64,000 nt of DNA from a virus (IMGVR_UViG_3300008267_000004:64001-128000); one strand, 5' to 3'; shown: positions 10,250 to 20,021, numbered from the stretch's first letter. The notes: a model not told the origin generated them from the sequence alone. Made by a program: numbers and translations.

Positions 10250-10492
10250 TTACTTCGTTAAACACTCCAACGCAAGTATATCTTCATCTGGAACTGATCC
10301 AACTATTTTACAAACATATTGATTTACTACATTTTTCTTTACATAATCTGGTTGTTTTTTACCATATACTACAACACCAATTATTACACCTAACGTAACT
10401 AATGCAACACCTAAATAAAATTTTATTTTTCTCTTAGCTAGAACTATTTGTGTATCTAATTTAGATGTTGGTTCTTTTTTCTTTTTTGTCAT
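10250..10492 (-). CDS. Small membrane protein (start refined to MTKKKK)
   Basis: One TM helix YLGVALVTLGVIIGVVVYG. Confidence 0.6.
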   Translation of the reverse strand: MTKKKKEPTSKLDTQIVLAKRKIKFYLGVALVTLGVIIGVVVYGKKQPDYVKKNVVNQYVCKIVGSVPDEDILALECLTK

Positions 10493-10533
10493 GACCACTA
10501 TCTCCTTGCAATAAATAGTCACCAAAACAAGAA

Positions 10534-10657
10534 CCAGCTTTTTATCAAGAAGCTGGAAACTTGTGTCGATCAAGACAAGTTTACGGTGGCCGAATCACCG
10601 AATCTTTTTTCTATGGATTGATCGCCCAGAAAGAAAACATAGAAGGTAGATTAAACC
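10534..10657 (-). ncRNA. Unclassified structured RNA, family X copy 1
   Basis: Shares 5' domain and 3' CCAGCUU hairpin with 45820-46012, with compensatory changes; lies just 3' of tRNA-Gly. Confidence 0.65.
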
Positions 10658-10661
10658 TAAT

Positions 10662-10736
10662 TGGAGCGGGTGGACGGATTTGAACCGACGACATCTAGTT
10701 TGGAAGACTAGAGTTCTACCACTGAACTACACCCGC
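10662..10736 (-). tRNA. tRNA-Gly(TCC)
   Basis: CTAGT-CTTCCAA-ACTAG arm, encoded CCA. Confidence 0.95.
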
Positions 10737-10737
10737 A

Positions 10738-10929
10738 TTATTCTACAGCAGTAGCTGTTTCTGTGTTAGTTGTAGTATCCGTAACTACATCGGTATCTAC
10801 AACAGTTTCTGAAGACGTATCCACACCAACATCAGTAGAAGTTGTTGGATCGTTTACACAAGCTACTACACAACCAGCAATCATTGCTAAAATTCCTACT
10901 ACAATTACTTTTTTCATATTTATTTGCAT
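10738..10929 (-). CDS. Small Thr-rich putative lipoprotein
   Basis: MKKVIVVGILAMIAGC signal/lipobox-like, T/D-rich tail. Confidence 0.5.
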   Translation of the reverse strand: MQINMKKVIVVGILAMIAGCVVACVNDPTTSTDVGVDTSSETVVDTDVVTDTTTNTETATAVE

Positions 10930-11132
10930 CCTTTGTTATAGTTAATTGTTTCCATTACTTCCTCTGCGAGGAAGTCAAACTCTCTTGTTTCTGGGTCTGG
11001 GCAGACATTTTTGCTTATTCTTTCCAGACATTGAACGGAATATGGATCACACTCCTTCACACTTAAGGTATTTTGCTCTTCTTTTAGGCAACTAACTAGT
11101 AATAGTGAAGATAAAAAGACAATTTTTTTCAT
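10920..11132 (-). CDS. Small putative lipoprotein
   Basis: MKKIVFLSSLLLVSC lipobox-like. Confidence 0.5.
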   Translation of the reverse strand: MKKIVFLSSLLLVSCLKEEQNTLSVKECDPYSVQCLERISKNVCPDPETREFDFLAEEVMETINYNKGCK

Positions 11133-11134
11133 GT

Positions 11135-11728
11135 TTATTCCATAATCTTATCTACAAGACCATACTTGAGACAAGTTTTTGCATCCATATATATATCACG
11201 TTTTAAAATTTCTTTTAAGACACTTTTTGGTATTTTTGTATATTTTGTATAAATTTCATTGATTGTATTCATGAACATTGTTGCATTTTCAATTTCGTCT
11301 TTCATACTCTCAAATTTACCCCACATACCGGCAGATAGTTGATGAATAAGCATAACAGAATGTTTTGTAATTGAACGCTTTTTTGCAACAACACTCATAA
11401 GCGTTGCAGCAGAAGCTGCATGACCCTCAATAATAGAATGCACTGGGGCTTTACTGTTTCTAATGTAGTCAATTGCAGAAAAACAGTCTAGCAAACTTCC
11501 ACCACCGCTATTAATGTGTAGTTTGATTTCTGGTGTTGGAATATCTAGCTCAATTCCAGTAAGGACTAGAGCTTTTGACGTTGAAGCGATTTTTTTATTT
11601 AGTTCAAAAATTGACTTCTTCGAAACTCCAGCATAGAAATAAATATTATTATCGTTATCTTCTACATCGCTAGACTCATCAACTGAGTCTTCATCTAATT
11701 TTGGATTTGCATTAAGAATATATTTCAT
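11135..11728 (-). CDS. clpP: ClpP-family protease
   Basis: LHINSGGG, AASAA (catalytic Ser), MLIHQ (His), RDIYMDAKTCLKYGLVD. Confidence 0.88.
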   Translation of the reverse strand: MKYILNANPKLDEDSVDESSDVEDNDNNIYFYAGVSKKSIFELNKKIASTSKALVLTGIELDIPTPEIKLHINSGGGSLLDCFSAIDYIRNSKAPVHSIIEGHAASAATLMSVVAKKRSITKHSVMLIHQLSAGMWGKFESMKDEIENATMFMNTINEIYTKYTKIPKSVLKEILKRDIYMDAKTCLKYGLVDKIME

Positions 11729-11740
11729 TTTTTATCCCTA

Positions 11741-12049
11741 TTATTTGTTGTTCTTCTTGTTTTTCTTGCTAAACATTTTTTCTTCTAGAGCTTCTAACTC
11801 AGCTTTAGCATTTTGATCAATACGAGACTTAACAACAAACAGGGTTCCACCCTCACCGCAACGTTTTACTTTAAATTGCATCATACCAGCACGGTCTTGT
11901 GACCGTAGTGACTTACGCATTGCATCAGCTTCCTCAAAGCTTGAAAAATAACGTACATTCGTCCATGAATCACCATTCTTCACTTCATCCTTAGTAACAG
12001 TCACGATTGTCTCCTCGGCACAGCGGCCATTGTTTGAGTATAATACCAC
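11741..12049 (-). CDS. Hypothetical protein
   Basis: Clean ORF. Confidence 0.55.
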   Translation of the reverse strand: MVLYSNNGRCAEETIVTVTKDEVKNGDSWTNVRYFSSFEEADAMRKSLRSQDRAGMMQFKVKRCGEGGTLFVVKSRIDQNAKAELEALEEKMFSKKNKKNNK

Positions 12050-12117
12050 GGCAAAAAACTCCCGTCAACAGGAAAAAATCCTGTAAAATATAAACTCTGA
12101 CGGGATAGTATAAAATT

Positions 12118-12406
12118 TGGTGGAGATGCGGGGAGTCGAACCCCGGTCCAAAAATACGTATTCTACAAAATGATACACAGGATTATCTTACAAGATATTA
12201 CAATTTATTACAGTTTAAAACAAAATTGCAACTTTTCTGTTTCGAGGCAAGTTGCCAGCCCAAGAATTACGCAGCTAGGGCGTAGAATTCAGAGTCAACG
12301 TCATCGTTGGCTTTTGTGTTGTTGAACCGTTTATTAAAGTCTGTAGCTGTTCGCAGACTTCCTGCATTTTGTTTTTAGTTACCTTTGTCGAAACCAAGTC
12401 ATCCCC
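12118..12406 (-). ncRNA. ssrA: tmRNA (289 nt), tag peptide ANDDVDSEFYALAA*
   Basis: 5' GGGGAUG...GGUUUCGAC; 3' GGGGUUCGACUCCCCGCAUCUCCACCA; G3.U pair; tag ORF at 12311-12267. Confidence 0.95.
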
Positions 12407-12419
12407 AAATTACGCACCT

Positions 12420-12448
12420 ATTATAGCGCGCTAAAATAGCAGCGTCAA
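12420..12448 (-). promoter_or_regulatory. sigma70 promoter for tmRNA
   Basis: TTGACG-17 bp-TATAAT immediately upstream of ssrA. Confidence 0.85.
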
Positions 12449-12456
12449 GAACTTTT

Positions 12457-12675
12457 TTATTCTATTTCTATAGGTTCTTTGCAGAGACATTTCTTTTTAG
12501 AGAATGTCTCTATAATATCTTTAGGTTTACAAATTTCTCTACATTCATCTAAATGTTTTTCAATTTTATTAGAATCACATTTAATAACACCAATTATTAA
12601 CATCATTAGCAAAAAATAAGATAAAAATATAACTAAATTTATACTAATTTTTTTATTACTTATACCATCATCCAT
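12457..12675 (-). CDS. Small membrane protein with Cys-rich tail
   Basis: TM segment then CREIC...CLC. Confidence 0.5.
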   Translation of the reverse strand: MDDGISNKKISINLVIFLSYFLLMMLIIGVIKCDSNKIEKHLDECREICKPKDIIETFSKKKCLCKEPIEIE

Positions 12676-12688
12676 GATCGTTCTCCAA

Positions 12689-13291
12689 CTAACCAGCTGA
12701 TAGAACTTTTAATGCCCTTTCTGAATAAATTACTCTTTGATCGTGATGCAATTTAGCTGTTCCATTTACTCTTTTAGTAACTTCGTCAAGATTCCAATCA
12801 TCAGCAAATTTTAGTAGCGAACGATCTTTAAAATATTGACAAGCTATTTTTACAGAAACTTCTGGTGTTGCTGCTAGTTCTGGATTTCCGATTAAATCAA
12901 TTCCTAGTTTTTTACCATACGAATCGTAATTTGCTCTACCTGTTAATTGAAGAACGCCGCGCCCAATAAACTTTGGGCCATCTCCAGGTGTTGTATTTCC
13001 CAAGTTTTTGCGACCCTCGTACAAAGTTCCAGTAGGTTCATTTGGGTTTTTTGGATCTTTTTTATTCCATTTAGAAGGAAGTTCTTTATCATATTTTAAC
13101 TCTCCAGACTCTACTGCTACTTGTCCTAAAAAAGCTGCAATACGTTTTGGTGTATTGATATTAAATGTAGGCCATACTTTATTAAAGGCTTCAGTATAAT
13201 ATTTTATTTTATCAGGTTTGCAATTAGGATAAATCTTTTTTAGTTGATCCTCTGTTATTAGACTCATTATTATCGTTTCCTTTGGGATCAT
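12689..13291 (-). CDS. Glycoside hydrolase family 19 (chitinase-like endolysin)
   Basis: RIAAFLGQVAVESG, YEGRKNLGNT.PGDG..F.GRG..QLTGRANY, VTKRVNG. Confidence 0.9.
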   Translation of the reverse strand: MIPKETIIMSLITEDQLKKIYPNCKPDKIKYYTEAFNKVWPTFNINTPKRIAAFLGQVAVESGELKYDKELPSKWNKKDPKNPNEPTGTLYEGRKNLGNTTPGDGPKFIGRGVLQLTGRANYDSYGKKLGIDLIGNPELAATPEVSVKIACQYFKDRSLLKFADDWNLDEVTKRVNGTAKLHHDQRVIYSERALKVLSAG

Positions 13292-13628
13292 TAAAATAGT
13301 CCCTTAAACCATAATTAGTTAGATAACGATAAAATGTTTTACTATCTAGTCCTAAAAATTGAATTGCTTTTGTTTTAGATTGAGTTGATGCTAATGCATA
13401 TCTTAGCATTGCGTCTTTTACAATAAAACTTAATGATCTCCATAATGGTAAGCCGTATAAATTACTTCCTACAGATTTACTTACTAACTCTAATTTAAGA
13501 GCAATTATTTCTTCAAATGTTAAGTTTGATAACATTATTTCAAATATATCATTACTTTTATTTTCTTCTCTAAGTTTTTTAACTATAGAAAACTTATCTC
13601 TAGGAGCGGCTTTTTTCGCCATTTGCAA
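13224..13628 (-). CDS. Hypothetical protein with possible Fis-like C-terminal HTH
   Basis: SKTKAIQFLGLDSKTFYRYL resembles HTH_8. Confidence 0.45.
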   Translation of the reverse strand: MQMAKKAAPRDKFSIVKKLREENKSNDIFEIMLSNLTFEEIIALKLELVSKSVGSNLYGLPLWRSLSFIVKDAMLRYALASTQSKTKAIQFLGLDSKTFYRYLTNYGLRDYFNDPKGNDNNESNNRGSTKKDLS

Positions 13629-13884
13629 TTCCTAAAAGCGCATATCCAGCAATATCACGCCAAGGTGATTCACCAAACGCATCTTTATTTGTAGCTATAC
13701 GAAATAATTTATCAATTACTCGAATAATAGCAAGAGCGTCCGTGTACTGTTCAGGTTTAATACCATTAGGGTACAGGACGCTCAAAATTTTATAACTCTC
13801 TGCAAACGAGCTACCATATGCAGCATTTTTTTCTTGTACTAATTTTCCTACTTCTTCCGCTATTTGTATATATGTTTTGTTCAT
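13600..13884 (-). CDS. DUF1599/nucleotide-modification-associated domain protein
   Basis: EKNAAYGSSF, DKLFRIA, ESPWRDIAGYALL. Confidence 0.6.
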   Translation of the reverse strand: MNKTYIQIAEEVGKLVQEKNAAYGSSFAESYKILSVLYPNGIKPEQYTDALAIIRVIDKLFRIATNKDAFGESPWRDIAGYALLGIANGEKSRS

Positions 13885-13928
13885 AAAAACAGTATACTAT
13901 AGAAAAAAAGTACAGTAAAGAAAGAAAA

Positions 13929-14537
13929 TTATGGAGGGCTTCCTACTATAATTTTAGTTACTCTTTTATCTCCAATAGTTCTAGTATACCATCCATCTCC
14001 ATAATCTACAGAAGGATCTGGGTGTTTTCCTCTAAATTCAATATCGTCTTGGGGTAGATTTTTTAATAAAGCTCTTATTTCTTTTTCAGAAGAGACATAC
14101 TCTAACCCTAATTTTTTTATTGCTATATTAGCTGGAGCACCAGAAACTTCTATCCAACTTCCTGGATTTCCGAAGAAATCTTTCATCAGCTTTCTAACAG
14201 CTGCTTTACCATCTTGTGATTCATCGGAAACAATTGCAGAAGCTTTTTTTGAACCACCCCAATCTGTATAATAAATTCCTGCATCTGGTTCAGGATCTTC
14301 ATCTACATCTATTAGATAGAAATTTGTAAATCTTTTCTTTAGTGCTTCGGGTGTTTCTAAACCTTTCCAGCCGCCCATAAATTGGTAGCTGTTCTGTAAC
14401 ATATCTACCAAACTATCCTCTAAATCTTTTATAGAAGAAAAAGAAGATTTAATGTCTTTAGGTTCATTTTTTATACCTAATTTAGACATTTCTTCTAGTA
14501 TGATTTTTTTTAATTTTGAACTAGAAATTTTAAGCAT
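13929..14537 (-). CDS. Hypothetical protein with KIILEE-type leader
   Basis: MLKISSSKLKKIILEE N-terminus. Confidence 0.65.
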   Translation of the reverse strand: MLKISSSKLKKIILEEMSKLGIKNEPKDIKSSFSSIKDLEDSLVDMLQNSYQFMGGWKGLETPEALKKRFTNFYLIDVDEDPEPDAGIYYTDWGGSKKASAIVSDESQDGKAAVRKLMKDFFGNPGSWIEVSGAPANIAIKKLGLEYVSSEKEIRALLKNLPQDDIEFRGKHPDPSVDYGDGWYTRTIGDKRVTKIIVGSPP

Positions 14538-14541
14538 TATT

Positions 14542-14733
14542 TTATTCCGCTACTGTTTGTTTTTTCTTTTTAGGTTTAACCTCTACATTATTTTCAACAT
14601 CTGGTATTACAACAACTTCTTCATTTTTATCTTCTTCTAAAATAATCTCTGACTCTTTAACAGTTTCTTTTTCCATTGCAGATCTATATGCCTGCACTTT
14701 TCTAGCTTTTTTTCTTTTATGTGGATTTCCCAT
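14542..14733 (-). CDS. Small charged hypothetical protein
   Basis: SD plus ORF. Confidence 0.5.
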   Translation of the reverse strand: MGNPHKRKKARKVQAYRSAMEKETVKESEIILEEDKNEEVVVIPDVENNVEVKPKKKKQTVAE

Positions 14734-14779
14734 AATTATTTCTCCTTAACTTCAAAATTTTAGTAGAGTACAAATGTAT

Positions 14780-15586
14780 CTATGTCGCCTCTTCTTCCCC
14801 ACCTAGTTCAGCCCCTGGTTCTTCTTCTGGCATTTCTGCTGGAGCTTCGGCAGGACCGCCTCCTAACATTGAAGCTTTTTTCTGTTTCTCTTCTTCATAC
14901 TCAGGAGTTGTTGGCTCTTCTAGATTTTTTTGTAATTCGTCTTCAAACTTATCAAAATATAATTTTAAGTTTGTTATTAGATAATCATAAAAAACTTCCC
15001 TATCCTCATCTTTTCCAAGTAAGGAATAAGAATCTAAAATTTGTTTTTGAATCTTTTGAAATGCACGTAAAGCAAAACCTCTACCGGTTGGATCCTCTCC
15101 TGCTATAGGCATAAAAGCATCTTCTGGTTTTGGTTCTGATGCTTGTTTTTCTTTAGCTTTTTTCTCTTTTTCAATATCAATAAAGGCTGGATCATCTTCA
15201 ACTGGTGCTTTCTCTTCCGCTTCTGTGATCGCTACTTGTTGTTGTGGAGTGGCACCTCTAGCTTTATCGTGTTTAAAATATATAGATTCTGTAGAAAGTA
15301 AATTTTGTACAGCTCTAAGGATATGTGATCTAAAAGATTTTCTTTGGTTAACATCTGTAGTTAAACGTTTATAACTTGCTTCTAAGATAGGAACAATTGT
15401 TTTTAACAAATCTTCTAATACGTTGACACCTGTTGATTCATGAGGTGAAACTTCTTCTACTTCACGTAGAATTTTTCTAATATATCTTCTTAACCTCATT
15501 TCTTCTTTTAATTTTGTTTTTTGTTCGCCTTTAATTTTTCGCGCGATCTCTCTTACGGCTTCTCTAATTTTATCTACAGAATTCAT
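14780..15586 (-). CDS. Hypothetical protein, acidic tail
   Basis: Long tiled ORF. Confidence 0.7.
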   Translation of the reverse strand: MNSVDKIREAVREIARKIKGEQKTKLKEEMRLRRYIRKILREVEEVSPHESTGVNVLEDLLKTIVPILEASYKRLTTDVNQRKSFRSHILRAVQNLLSTESIYFKHDKARGATPQQQVAITEAEEKAPVEDDPAFIDIEKEKKAKEKQASEPKPEDAFMPIAGEDPTGRGFALRAFQKIQKQILDSYSLLGKDEDREVFYDYLITNLKLYFDKFEDELQKNLEEPTTPEYEEEKQKKASMLGGGPAEAPAEMPEEEPGAELGGEEEAT

Positions 15587-15589
15587 ATT

Positions 15590-17746
15590 TTATTCCTCTT
15601 TATCGTTGTTTATTTTAGCAGGAAAGCCAGCAACAGCACCAGCAGACATCTGTTCTTTGTTGAGGTGTTTAAAATAATTTACTTGCTTTTCTCTTTTTGA
15701 TGCTCCAACTTTAGAATCATAACATCCTAAATTTTTTTTATTTTTCTTGGAAATTAAGCAATACTTATCGCCTATTTTTTTTATTGTTTCGGAAATTATA
15801 TCATAAATCAATGATTCTGTAATTCCATCAGAAGAAAACATAGAAAGTATTTTTTCTGCAATTTTCTTTTTTTCTTTTCCAAAATCATCTGGTATAAAAT
15901 TCATTAAACTCTTTATATCTTTTTCCGATATTGCTTTACGCATATCAGTAGCAGATAAATTTTCAAAAGGTTTTACAGGAACAACTTCAACTTTTACACC
16001 TTCTCTAGCGTATTTTTGAGCATTTGCTTTAAAACGTGAATCGTCTCCGCCTTTTGTACTAGTTCCTAAAATAACCGTTTCTCCTTTTTGTGCATATTCT
16101 GGTTTGTCTTCTTCATTACCAACAAATGCAAAACTTGCACCAACTGGTGAATTAATAGGAGACTCTAATACCTCAACCATATCTGCTATTCCAGCCTCAC
16201 TTAGAAAAATGTCAAATATTTTTTTAGATGTTTCAAATGATACAGGACGATTATCTGGCAACATACGTGGAAGTGGAGATACTAGTACGACAACACGTTT
16301 TGCCATATTTGCATATGAAGCAATCATATCAATATGACCTTTATGTGGAGGTTTAAAAGCCCCAGGTATGACTGCAACATCTGCCAATTTAAGTGCTATT
16401 TCATTTATATTTTTATCTTTCTTTTCTTGTAACGAATCTTTTTTAATTGGTGGAACTTTGCCGCGACCGTATTTGAAGAGACCTAAAATTTGATTTACGG
16501 GCGCAAAGTTACCTGTAAATTTATAGGTAACACCGTCGTAATCAAAAACAAAACCTTCCGCCGTTGCAGTAACATTATCTGCTGACTTTAACTTTTTTAA
16601 TTGGTGTGATAGTATGCCCATAGCCTCTTCATTGCCTGAGCCTTGAATGGCTGTAATTGCAGAATGTACTTCACCTCTCAATCTTTTAACTTCTCTAGAA
16701 TTATCTAAAATAAATGCACTTTCAAGGCCGCGTAACATCTCGGTAGCAAAATCTGAAACAATCATTTCAATTGGTGTTATAGCTGCTTTTAACATATTAG
16801 ACATGCTAGTTGCATTTAGTAAATTTTCTTTAGCATAATTTTTTTGTTCTGGTGTTAGCTTTTTAACTATATCAGTAATTTTTATTCCGCTAACTCCTAA
16901 TATTCTTTTAGCGATGTTCATCTTGGCATAAGGATCTACTTGACCAATCTCAGCAGAAGCACGATCTAAAATAGAACTTATTAATATATAAATTCTAGCC
17001 ATCATAAATTCTGATATAGTAGACTCATCACTTAAAAATAATTCTTTGTTTCCGATCAAATAATTTACAGAAGATATAACAGAATTTAATCTGCTTATAG
17101 CTGTATTAAGAGGTGCATTATTTGACAATGCAGATAACCTTCTAACAGCATTTACTTGAACACCATAATCTTCATTTTTTAATCTTTCTTGTGCTGTAGA
17201 AATAATAGATTCTAATTTGGTAGCCTTTGCAGATAGGTCAACCTGTAAGCGTTCACCGGTAGTTCTATTAAATTCAGCATGACCAGCCCTATGAATAACT
17301 AATGTTTTTGTATCATAGTTTATAACATTTGGAGTTCTTGGGTCCATAACCTCAGCATTGTAGTATATACTAGTATCTTCTCCAAATAATTCTATTTGTT
17401 CTTCATAAGAAATTCCTTGAATAGCTCTTTCAAAAGCTTTTAAGGCATCTTTAAATGTTTCTTTTAAGGCTGGATTTGCACGATCAGCAAATTTAGCTGC
17501 AAGTTGTTCTGGTGTTAAACCTCCACTTTTAATTTCTGTTTTGTTTCTAACGCCTTTTGCTCTACCATCTTTTACAGAATATGAGATCATAAGATTTTGA
17601 CCATCAGTTTTTTCTGTACCTTCTAGTTTACCGGCAGCAGCAGCTGTAAAAATTTCTTTCATCTTTGTAAAGGTTAGATCGCCGTTATCATAAAGATGAT
17701 TCATATGACCAGCAGCACCACCCTCAACTAATAAATCTAAATTCAT
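15590..17746 (-). CDS. Fusion: N-terminal ligase-like domain plus HIGH-motif nucleotidyl(cytidylyl)transferase
   Basis: TEKTDGQN (KxDG), EGFVF; PGAFKPPHKGH (HxGH), LSATDMRK. Confidence 0.7.
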   Translation of the reverse strand: MNLDLLVEGGAAGHMNHLYDNGDLTFTKMKEIFTAAAAGKLEGTEKTDGQNLMISYSVKDGRAKGVRNKTEIKSGGLTPEQLAAKFADRANPALKETFKDALKAFERAIQGISYEEQIELFGEDTSIYYNAEVMDPRTPNVINYDTKTLVIHRAGHAEFNRTTGERLQVDLSAKATKLESIISTAQERLKNEDYGVQVNAVRRLSALSNNAPLNTAISRLNSVISSVNYLIGNKELFLSDESTISEFMMARIYILISSILDRASAEIGQVDPYAKMNIAKRILGVSGIKITDIVKKLTPEQKNYAKENLLNATSMSNMLKAAITPIEMIVSDFATEMLRGLESAFILDNSREVKRLRGEVHSAITAIQGSGNEEAMGILSHQLKKLKSADNVTATAEGFVFDYDGVTYKFTGNFAPVNQILGLFKYGRGKVPPIKKDSLQEKKDKNINEIALKLADVAVIPGAFKPPHKGHIDMIASYANMAKRVVVLVSPLPRMLPDNRPVSFETSKKIFDIFLSEAGIADMVEVLESPINSPVGASFAFVGNEEDKPEYAQKGETVILGTSTKGGDDSRFKANAQKYAREGVKVEVVPVKPFENLSATDMRKAISEKDIKSLMNFIPDDFGKEKKKIAEKILSMFSSDGITESLIYDIISETIKKIGDKYCLISKKNKKNLGCYDSKVGASKREKQVNYFKHLNKEQMSAGAVAGFPAKINNDKEE

Positions 17747-17757
17747 TTTATAATTCC

Positions 17758-17946
17758 TTATTTTCTTTTAGAAGCAGTTACTGTGTAAGGTAAATTAGTT
17801 CCTTTTAGTGATAGAGGACCGTCTATGGTAAACAAAATAGGAGCAGAGCCAGAACTTTCCGGTGCTATATATTGTTGTTGTTCCTGAAACGAACCTGTAA
17901 TATCATCAATTACATAATTACTATAAGATTTAACTGGATTAGGCAT
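17758..17946 (-). CDS. Hypothetical protein
   Basis: Tiled ORF. Confidence 0.5.
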   Translation of the reverse strand: MPNPVKSYSNYVIDDITGSFQEQQQYIAPESSGSAPILFTIDGPLSLKGTNLPYTVTASKRK

Positions 17947-18811
17947 TTTTAATAAATCTTTCCATCAAAGTATTAAACACAAGATTTTCTTTTCTTTCAA
18001 AAACTTCTTTTAGTAGTCTTTCTTTTGTTTCAAACAAATTAGAATATGGAATCTTAGATTCTTCTAAAGATTCCTCTTCTTTTAATTCTTCTATATCTTT
18101 TCCTCTTTGGTGTTTAATGTGTTTTTTTGCATCTTCTTTTGCTTTCTTCTTAGCTTCCTCAACCTCTTTTTTTGAGGAACAAGATTTTTGTTCTTTAACT
18201 TTTTTTACAGGTTTTTTATTTTTAGACATGGCTTTTTGAATAGCCTCGCCACGCTTTTTTTCATATCCTGATAATTTATTATCTTTATTTAAATCTGCTT
18301 TCTCTTTGTCGATCTTTACATTTTCAGCCATAATATCTTTCTCCTTTTCTCTTTTTACTTTTAAAGAATCTGTCCAATCACGAAAAAACATATTTCCTCT
18401 CGTAAAAGCATCTTTCTCAGCTTTACGTAATTTTGGATCTGTTGATGCATAATCTATTTTATGAGTGTTGGATAAATTAATAGTTGCAGTAAATCCACTA
18501 CAATTTTGTTCGTGATGCACAACTTCGTGTGCAAAAGATCTTAACACATCTTTTGCATGTCTATCAGTTATAAATAAATGTATTTCTTCAGATTTAGGAT
18601 CATAAAATCCTGTTTTACCTAATAGATCTTCTGCATTTTCCTTGTCAGACTCTAAAAAAACTTTAGGATCTCTATCGATTTTTGGCATTTTTTCCTTTAA
18701 ATAAAGGTATAATTCTTTCATATAATCTTTCATTTCTTCTCTAGAAATTTTTTCTAATAATAAATATGCCATATTTTTTGCCAAAAAAAAACTACCTATG
18801 AACTTAATCAT
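17939..18811 (-). CDS. Putative HExxH metallopeptidase-like protein
   Basis: DVLRSFAHEVVHHEQ; likely start at MAYLLLE. Confidence 0.55.
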   Translation of the reverse strand: MIKFIGSFFLAKNMAYLLLEKISREEMKDYMKELYLYLKEKMPKIDRDPKVFLESDKENAEDLLGKTGFYDPKSEEIHLFITDRHAKDVLRSFAHEVVHHEQNCSGFTATINLSNTHKIDYASTDPKLRKAEKDAFTRGNMFFRDWTDSLKVKREKEKDIMAENVKIDKEKADLNKDNKLSGYEKKRGEAIQKAMSKNKKPVKKVKEQKSCSSKKEVEEAKKKAKEDAKKHIKHQRGKDIEELKEEESLEESKIPYSNLFETKERLLKEVFERKENLVFNTLMERFIKNA

Positions 18812-19014
18812 AAGTAGTTTCTAAAATGAATAAATGTATTTGTTTTAATAAACATCTATAATTATAACAGTATTTTCTTTTTTAGACTCTTTTTTTTCTT
18901 CCTCTTGCTTTTTTTTCTGATACCACTCCCATTCCTGCTGAACTTCAAATAGATCAATCTGTAACATTGGCCTTTCTTCATGTTCCTGCTTTTTCATGGA
19001 TTTTGCCTCCTAAA

Positions 19015-19302
19015 TTAAATAGCGGGCAAAAAATCATCTGGGATATCTTTTTCACTACGAATTATTTTAATATTACTATATTCAAAGTTTTCATATGATT
19101 CGTATAATTCACCACTAGATATTGGAAATCTTGGTTCTGGCGACCATAAAACTTTATAAGTAGGAGATTGAGTATAGAGAGAATAATAATCAACTATTAC
19201 ACCTGTTATAACCCAATCTGTATCTGGTATTTTCTTTGCAACAAAATCTCCAATCCTAGGCTCGTACAATTGTTTTTTCATACATCTCACCCAATCTTTC
19301 AA
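19015..19302 (-). CDS. Small SH3/KOW-like protein
   Basis: PRIGDFV...GVIVD...YKVLW. Confidence 0.5.
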   Translation of the reverse strand: MKDWVRCMKKQLYEPRIGDFVAKKIPDTDWVITGVIVDYYSLYTQSPTYKVLWSPEPRFPISSGELYESYENFEYSNIKIIRSEKDIPDDFLPAI

Positions 19303-19477
19303 TTATCTGAGGATAATTTTCCGGATATTTAACTATCATTGATGCTAAAAATGAGTAACGTGCTGCAGTTGAAAGCCTATAAAATATAGACGATAATTTT
19401 TCCAATTCGGTGTCTGTTAATGGTCTTTTTTGTTGTTCATTCATGTTATTTGTTGTATGGATCAAAAGGAGCCTCAT
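19256..19477 (-). CDS. Hypothetical protein
   Basis: Tiled ORF (likely start MNEQQK). Confidence 0.5.
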   Translation of the reverse strand: MRLLLIHTTNNMNEQQKRPLTDTELEKLSSIFYRLSTAARYSFLASMIVKYPENYPQIIERLGEMYEKTIVRA

Positions 19478-20021
19478 ATGAGAAAAAATCTACGTCAGTT
19501 TCTTTTATCAGTCTTAACCAAACATTTAATGTTCTCTGACAGTCAACTAAAGCTGTATGTGCGCGCCCTTGAAACTTAATTTGGTAGTGTTCGCACAATT
19601 TATCCATTGCAGCACTTTTTAATAAACCTTTAGATACTAGTTTACTAGCCATGTGTTTTGTATCGGCGTAGTGCGGAAAAGTTATTTTTTTTTCTTTGAA
19701 AGCTAAACTAATAAATCTTAGATCAAAGATAAGATTTTGGCCTAATAAGAAAGAAGAATTTGTAATAAACGACTCAATTGCAGGCAAATGGTGTTCAATT
19801 TCTAAAGAATCTTCCCACGCTTCGGGCGTGAACCCATTAACCTTCAATGCTTGCGGCGAAGCCGCCGCGAGATTTTTAGGTTTAATTTTTATATCTAATT
19901 TATCAAGTATACAGATACTGCTGTCATCTTTCAATGAAAAACGAACAGCAGCAAACTGTATAATTTCGTGAACTTTAGGATCTAATCCTGTTGTTTCTGT
20001 ATCAAGAACTGTTACAAGCAT
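19446..20021 (-). CDS. DEDDh 3'-5' exonuclease (DnaQ-like)
   Basis: LDTETTGL, GQNLIFD, ADTKHMA, HTALVDC. Confidence 0.9.
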   Translation of the reverse strand: MLVTVLDTETTGLDPKVHEIIQFAAVRFSLKDDSSICILDKLDIKIKPKNLAAASPQALKVNGFTPEAWEDSLEIEHHLPAIESFITNSSFLLGQNLIFDLRFISLAFKEKKITFPHYADTKHMASKLVSKGLLKSAAMDKLCEHYQIKFQGRAHTALVDCQRTLNVWLRLIKETDVDFFSYEAPFDPYNK

